A stretch of 63,828 nucleotides of DNA from positions 1 through 63,828 of the forward strand of contig JBDIWC010000022.1 of assembly GCA_039794085.1 (NCBI GenBank), in the 5' to 3' direction. A program made the translations under genes and the position numbers. Below the pieces are notes generated by a model, which searched no databases, was not told the DNA's origin, and was given only the letters and a program-made list of their open reading frames with translations. Shown here piece after piece: positions 58,912 through 63,828 of this stretch (position 1 is the stretch's first letter; each line of letters opens with the position of its first letter). The DNA is from Gemmatimonadales bacterium. Lineage in GTDB: Bacteria > Gemmatimonadota > Gemmatimonadetes > Gemmatimonadales > GWC2-71-9.

Positions 58912-59859
58912 GTGAACATGAACATGCCGATGCCTATACGAATCACTCTGACCGTTATGTGCGCGATGCAGCTCTCATGCGGCCAGCGGGACGAGTCAGC
59001 GGTCTCGCCGAGCGTGGTAGAGATCACGGCGACTTACAATGCAGAAACGAACGAGCACCTGTTCGTTACAGATGTGGAGGAGATTTCGTCGGGATGGGCA
59101 ACCTTCCGGCTGATCAACGCGTCGCCTGCCGTTCACTTTCTCGTCTTGGAGTTGCTACCCGGGGGCAGGTCGCTCAAGAACACCGTGAGCGAAGTCGTGC
59201 CTGTCTTCCAGCAAGCCATGGACCTGATTAACGGGGGTCAGGTCGAGGATGGATTTGCCAAGCTGACCGACCTGCCGGAATGGTTCGGTGAAGTTCGGTT
59301 CATGGGAGGCCCCGGGCTTGCTTCTCCTGGGCGAACTTCAGAGGCAACGGTCTACCTCGAGCCCGGCAACTACGTCATGGAGTGCTACATCAAGACGGCT
59401 GAGGGGAAGTTTCATTCGTCGCTGGGTATGATTCGCGGCCTGACGGTCACGGAAGGTCGCTCGAAGGCGACACCACCGAGCCGGGTGAGCCTGGAGATGA
59501 ACATGACGAACGAGGGCTTTGGGGTGCACGGAGAGACGAATTCTGGGCCCCACACCATCGCGGTACACTTCGTCGAAGAGGATCCGCCGCTCCTGGGCAA
59601 CGACGTCCACTTGGTGCGACTGAGGGCAGACGCCGAGCTCGGAGAGGTGGCGGCGTGGATGGATTGGAGCCAGCCCGGAGGCATGGTCTCAGATCACGGG
59701 GCCCCATTGCCTTTTCAGTTCATGGGTGGCACGCACGAGATGCCCATGGGCTCGACGGCATACTTCACTGTTGAGTTGACTCCGGGACGGTATGCGTGGG
59801 TCAGTGAGCGGCCTGCGCAGAATCCGTTGTTCAAGGAGTTCACGGTGGTGGCGCGGTAG
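58912..59859 (+). CDS. Exported protein with two cupredoxin-like repeats (cassette 4)
   Basis: Lipobox-like LSC, H...LEPGNYVMEC...H..LGM in the first repeat, and LTPGRY in the second. Confidence 0.65.
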   Translation: MNMNMPMPIRITLTVMCAMQLSCGQRDESAVSPSVVEITATYNAETNEHLFVTDVEEISSGWATFRLINASPAVHFLVLELLPGGRSLKNTVSEVVPVFQQAMDLINGGQVEDGFAKLTDLPEWFGEVRFMGGPGLASPGRTSEATVYLEPGNYVMECYIKTAEGKFHSSLGMIRGLTVTEGRSKATPPSRVSLEMNMTNEGFGVHGETNSGPHTIAVHFVEEDPPLLGNDVHLVRLRADAELGEVAAWMDWSQPGGMVSDHGAPLPFQFMGGTHEMPMGSTAYFTVELTPGRYAWVSERPAQNPLFKEFTVVAR

Positions 59860-59861
59860 CC

Positions 59862-59922
59862 ATCTAACGACGGCATGCAGCGACCTGCCCGGGGCGCCGC
59901 GCTGATCCCGGAGACGTTAGAC
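59862..59922 (+). other. attC site 4 (61 bp)
   Basis: ATCTAAC...ATGCAGCG...CGCTGAT...GTTAGAC. Confidence 0.82.
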
Positions 59923-60144
59923 CGCGCGATGCGCCACCGCGCGATAGAAACGCCGCCCGCCGTATCCGATCAATGCCAGCGGCCTCGTCACGAATTACCA
60001 CCGGACACCGCGTCCGGGCGAATGGTGGCGTGGGGTGTCTCGGGGGCTCGCCGACCTCTTCCTGCGCGAGCTTGACGAGCCGGGCCGGATGGCCCCACGA
60101 GCGACGCCGGTGCTTCGAGGCACCGACCCCACCCGCCCGCCCCC

Positions 60145-60543
60145 TCATCGGAGTGAGTCGAGAGACCGAGCGGGCGTCAACACCTTCAGGCCAAGGACCT
60201 CCCGCCCCATGAACGGTCCGAAGTCCCTCAGGTCTCCCGTGATCAAATGGGTGGCTTTCGCGGAGAGCGCCCCTGCCAGGATCGGCCAGTCCTTTTCCCG
60301 GAGCTCGATGCCCTTTCGAAGCGCCGAGTCCAGGGTCAGGGACCGCGTCACCGTCATGGCCTCGAGGAGACCGTCGAGTCGCTCCACCTGGTCCGCTGCG
60401 GCGAGGTTGCGTCGAGCCTCCGCCACCACGTTGTCCGACGTGAGGAGGGCGACACCGGGAAGATCCCATAGCCGCCGGACGCCGGCGTCCGGACGCCTGG
60501 CAGCCGAAAACAGGACGTTGGCGTCCAGGAAGAGCCGGTCCAA
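60145..60543 (-). CDS. PIN-domain protein
   Basis: LFLDANVLFSA, EARRNL, KD.PIL and LITGD.RDF. Confidence 0.88.
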   Translation of the reverse strand: MDRLFLDANVLFSAARRPDAGVRRLWDLPGVALLTSDNVVAEARRNLAAADQVERLDGLLEAMTVTRSLTLDSALRKGIELREKDWPILAGALSAKATHLITGDLRDFGPFMGREVLGLKVLTPARSLDSLR

Positions 60544-60546
60544 GGG

Positions 60547-60840
60547 TCAGGGGCTCTCGGGGCGTTCGTGCGTAATCGCGTCGGGGTCTAGCCCTAAGGC
60601 CCGAACCTCGGCCACAGCGCGAGCATGGTCGTCGGCATCAACGGCGTTGGAGAGAAGAAATCCCACCTTCCGCTCGGGACCGTTGATCTCCAGGGCGACC
60701 GTCATCGCCGACCGCAGGAGAATTCCCTCCGGCGCCTCCTCGGCGATGTTCTCGGATCCCTCTTCAATCCCAAACCCGTCGAAGCCGGCAGGAATGACAA
60801 GGTGCCCCTCTTTTCGACGCGTGGAGGTTCTCTGACTGGC
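60547..60840 (-). pseudogene. Degenerate AbrB/MazE-like antitoxin upstream of PIN
   Basis: G.LVIPA...FGIEEGS...EGILLR; the start is unclear. Confidence 0.55.
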
Positions 60841-61086
60841 ATACCGACTTCCTGATATTCTGAATGTAGGAATATCGGTCAGAAGGTCAATGGACGGTTT
60901 GCCCGGGCAAGCGGGATCCTGTCGCTGCGCCCTTCGGGATCGCGGCCAGTTCCCCAACTTGATGGGAGTCGATCCACCGGCGGCCCCTTACGGATCAGCC
61001 TGAGTGCAGTACAATTGCTGGGAATGGGCGGGGGTGGGGGAGGCGCATGCACAAGGTGGATGCGTGCAGGAGAAAGGGAAATACAG

Positions 61087-61734
61087 ATGCACAGATGGAT
61101 GGGGCTCAGTTTCGCGATCGGGGTCTTCGGTCTCGGTTCGACAGCGAGGGCGCAGGAACAGGGTGTCATCCGGCCCGCCTTGCTGCTGAGTGAGATCGTC
61201 CAGGGGATGCCGAAAGGCGAGGGGCAGGAGGTACGCGTCCTCAGGGCGAGCTTCCAGCCGGGCGACAAGACTCTGTCCCACACCCACCGGTTCCCGGTGA
61301 CGGTCTATGTTCTGGAGGGCACCTTCACCTTGGAAATGGAGGGGCGCGAGCCAGTCACCGTCCAGACGGGTCAGGCAATGGTGATGCCGCCCCGGGTGAA
61401 AATGACCGGTTGCAATCGCAGCAGCGTCGCGCCGTTGGAGCTGGTGATCTTTTCCGTGAGTGATCCGGATACTCCGTTCCTTGACCCCATACCTCAGGCA
61501 ACTGGCAAACAAGACCCGGCTTCCTCAAGTTCACGTCAGCCATCGCGGGCTGCGGACTCGAGCTTCCGTCCCGGCCGCCCGATCCTGGCGCAAAACCCTA
61601 TCCGGTGGAATCCGGTGGCGGATGAGCTGCTCGACGATCCGGAGCGGCTGAAACAGGTTCTTCTTGAGACGGCGGCGTCGCTGCCGGCACCGAAGCCCAG
61701 AACGCCAAAGGGGCGGAAGACGCGAAAACGGTGA
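61087..61734 (+). CDS. Exported cupin-domain protein with an unrelated C-terminal tail
   Basis: Signal ending ARA, HTH...YVLEG and GQAMVMPP. Confidence 0.75.
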   Translation: MHRWMGLSFAIGVFGLGSTARAQEQGVIRPALLLSEIVQGMPKGEGQEVRVLRASFQPGDKTLSHTHRFPVTVYVLEGTFTLEMEGREPVTVQTGQAMVMPPRVKMTGCNRSSVAPLELVIFSVSDPDTPFLDPIPQATGKQDPASSSSRQPSRAADSSFRPGRPILAQNPIRWNPVADELLDDPERLKQVLLETAASLPAPKPRTPKGRKTRKR

Positions 61735-61877
61735 CCCCGACTCGGGGTGACCCCTGGTGACAAGACCATATGGACCCCGGCGTTCGCCGGGGTGACGTTC
61801 CGATGTCTGCCTGGGGGTCCCTATTCCAAACGTCTCCTCCCTTCACACTTCAAACTTCCTCCTTCAAACTTCACTTC

Positions 61878-63443
61878 CTACCAGTCGGCCGGCCGGTAAT
61901 CCTTGAGAAACACGCCCCAGGTGTGCTCGCCGGTGTTGATCCCGCTGATGATCGGATCCACGATCCGCGCCGCACCATCCACGATGTCCAGCGGAGGATG
62001 GAACCTGTGTTCGGCGGTTTTCCGCGCGGCGATCTCCACCGGATCCTCGTCGGTGACCCATCCGGTGTCCACACTGTTCATGTGGATCCCGTCGTGGAAG
62101 TAGTCGGTGGCCGAGGTGCGCGTCATCATGTTGAGCGCCGCCTTGGCCATGTTGGTATGCGGGTGACGGGTGGTCTTGAACCTCCGGTAGAACTGCCCCT
62201 CCACCGCCGACACGTTGACGATGTGCTTCTCCCGCCCCGGCGTCTGGAGCATCAGCGGCTTGAGCCGAGCGTTGAGGATGAACGGCGCGATGGCGTTGAC
62301 GAGTTGCACCTCGAGCAACTCCACCGACGGCACGTCGGCCATGAGCATCCGCCAGGAGTTGCGGTCCCGCAGGTCCACCTGCTGCAGGTCCTGGTCGAGG
62401 ATCCCCTCGGGAAAGAGATCGTTCTGAGCCTGCTCCTCCTCCGGGAGCAACCGCACCTGGGACAGTTCCGCGGCGTGAGTGAGCCCGGCCAGTGCGGTGA
62501 GCCGGCCGACCGGCGCCACGGGCTCCTCCGGACGGCGAGTCGCCTCTGGGAGCATGTGGTATCCCCGCAGGCCCTCGTAGCGGCCGAGTAGGCGGCGCGC
62601 GGCATCCGGCATGTCGGCCAGAGCCGCCGTCTCCCTCTCCATCATGTGGGCATAGAACTCGGGCGGACGCCGCACGGTCTGGCAGGCGTTGTTGATGATG
62701 AAGTCGAGCCGGTCGTGGGTCTGCAGCATCTCATGGCAGAACCCCTCGACGCTCGGCGTGTGCCGCAGGTCGAGCCCTATGATCTCCAGGCGGTCGCCCC
62801 AGGCGTTGAAGTCCGGCTCGGCGGCGTACCGCAGGGCGGAGTCCCGCGGGAAACGGGTGGTGACGATGAGATGTGCCCCGGCGCGGAGCAGCTTGAGCCC
62901 GGCCTGATAGCCGATCTTCACCCGTCCCCCGGTGAGGAGTGCCACGCGGCCGCGCAGGTCGGCGGTCTCGGTGCGCTTGGCAAAGTTGAACTCGGCGCAG
63001 GCGGGACAGAGCTGATCGTAAAAATGGTGCAGCGTGGTGTAGTGCTGCTTGCAGATGTAGCAGTGCTGGGGGTCGATTGCCTTTGCTTCCTCGGCGCCGG
63101 CTTCGTCGTTTTCCGGACCGAAACCCGCGGGAGGGAACACGTTCGGGCTGGTGAAAACGGTCTGGCGGCGGAGCGTGCGGATGCCGGTGCCCGAGAGGGC
63201 CCGCTCCTCCCGGTCGATTCGTGCCGCCTTCCGGTTCCGCACCGTCGCCTTGACCAACTGGCGCCGGGCCCTGGTATCGGGGTGGTAGACGGTGGCTGCG
63301 GCCTGAATCAAGCGGTGGCGATCCTCGGCGGGAACCCGGGCCAGGAGCCCGCGGTCCGCGATGATCTCCTCCAGGAAGGCCGTTGTGGCGTGGAGACGGG
63401 CGAGGAGCTCGGCATTGGACGGCGTGTGGTCAGGACTGGACAT
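61878..63443 (-). CDS. SDR family oxidoreductase with a Zn-finger-like N-terminal region
   Basis: CYIC...CPAC, TGGRVKIG, NNA, VNVSAVEG and HTNMAKAALNM. Confidence 0.88.
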   Translation of the reverse strand: MSSPDHTPSNAELLARLHATTAFLEEIIADRGLLARVPAEDRHRLIQAAATVYHPDTRARRQLVKATVRNRKAARIDREERALSGTGIRTLRRQTVFTSPNVFPPAGFGPENDEAGAEEAKAIDPQHCYICKQHYTTLHHFYDQLCPACAEFNFAKRTETADLRGRVALLTGGRVKIGYQAGLKLLRAGAHLIVTTRFPRDSALRYAAEPDFNAWGDRLEIIGLDLRHTPSVEGFCHEMLQTHDRLDFIINNACQTVRRPPEFYAHMMERETAALADMPDAARRLLGRYEGLRGYHMLPEATRRPEEPVAPVGRLTALAGLTHAAELSQVRLLPEEEQAQNDLFPEGILDQDLQQVDLRDRNSWRMLMADVPSVELLEVQLVNAIAPFILNARLKPLMLQTPGREKHIVNVSAVEGQFYRRFKTTRHPHTNMAKAALNMMTRTSATDYFHDGIHMNSVDTGWVTDEDPVEIAARKTAEHRFHPPLDIVDGAARIVDPIISGINTGEHTWGVFLKDYRPADW

Positions 63444-63828
63444 GGCGGAAAGGCTAATACGGTGATGGGTGGGGACCAAGGAGAGGACATAGGACATAGG
63501 ACCCAGGACATAGGAAAGGGCCAAATTTCTATGCCCTCCGCGCGACGTCTGCGGCATGTGTGATCCCTCCGTCCACACCCGGGATTGAACCGCGAAGAGC
63601 GCGAAGGGGTGGCGGTTCCCATGACCGGATCCCGATCTTGTACCTGCGGTAGCCGGATGAACGGGTGCCCTTCCACCCTCACCAAACTGAGATCCTTGGG
63701 ATTCCCTTACCGGTTTGCAGAATCGGGGTTTGTGGGCCATACTTGGGGTTTGTGGACCATACTTGTCGGATACCTGACACGGTTCGAGGCGACTGATGGA
63801 CGATCTGCGCACCCGGTTGGAGCAGGCG

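Overview
GC-rich bacterial chromosome segment; gene content is compatible with Gemmatimonadota, but that is inference only. It has five zones. (1) 0.2-20.3 kb: a + strand biosynthetic block with three sigma70-like promoters, driving aminotransferase-panB-thrC-like-MoaD-MoeZ, then a sulfate-assimilation/siroheme operon (cysH, sir, hemA-like, CbiX-HemC, CobA-HemD, hemB, hemL, cysK, cysN, DUF2061-CysC, cysD), then a PheA-DAHP synthase fusion. The last two units have leader peptides plus terminators; the cys leader encodes M-A-G-C-M-C-C-C-M. The block is bracketed by two copies of a Uma2 gene 3' end. (2) Three accessory loci (22-25, 35-42 and 43-46 kb) share one architecture: a divergent HTH regulator, small secreted Cys-rich peptide(s), an exported CxxC thioredoxin-like protein and 6-bladed beta-propeller lipoprotein(s). 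This is the best candidate for an undescribed system. (3) Housekeeping genes on the - strand (rhomboid-like, ddl, CBS, tonB, mutS, SPOR, holA, NUDIX, M16 peptidases, beta-CASP, upp, ompW). (4) Mosaic REP-like repeats with a GIY-YIG nuclease and a RAYT-like transposase. (5) tRNA-Phe followed by a decayed integron whose integrase is co-oriented with its four attC cassettes, then TA remnants, a cupin and an SDR. Several single-base frameshifts sit in short homopolymers and may be sequencing errors. All calls come from motif reading by eye; no database searches were run.
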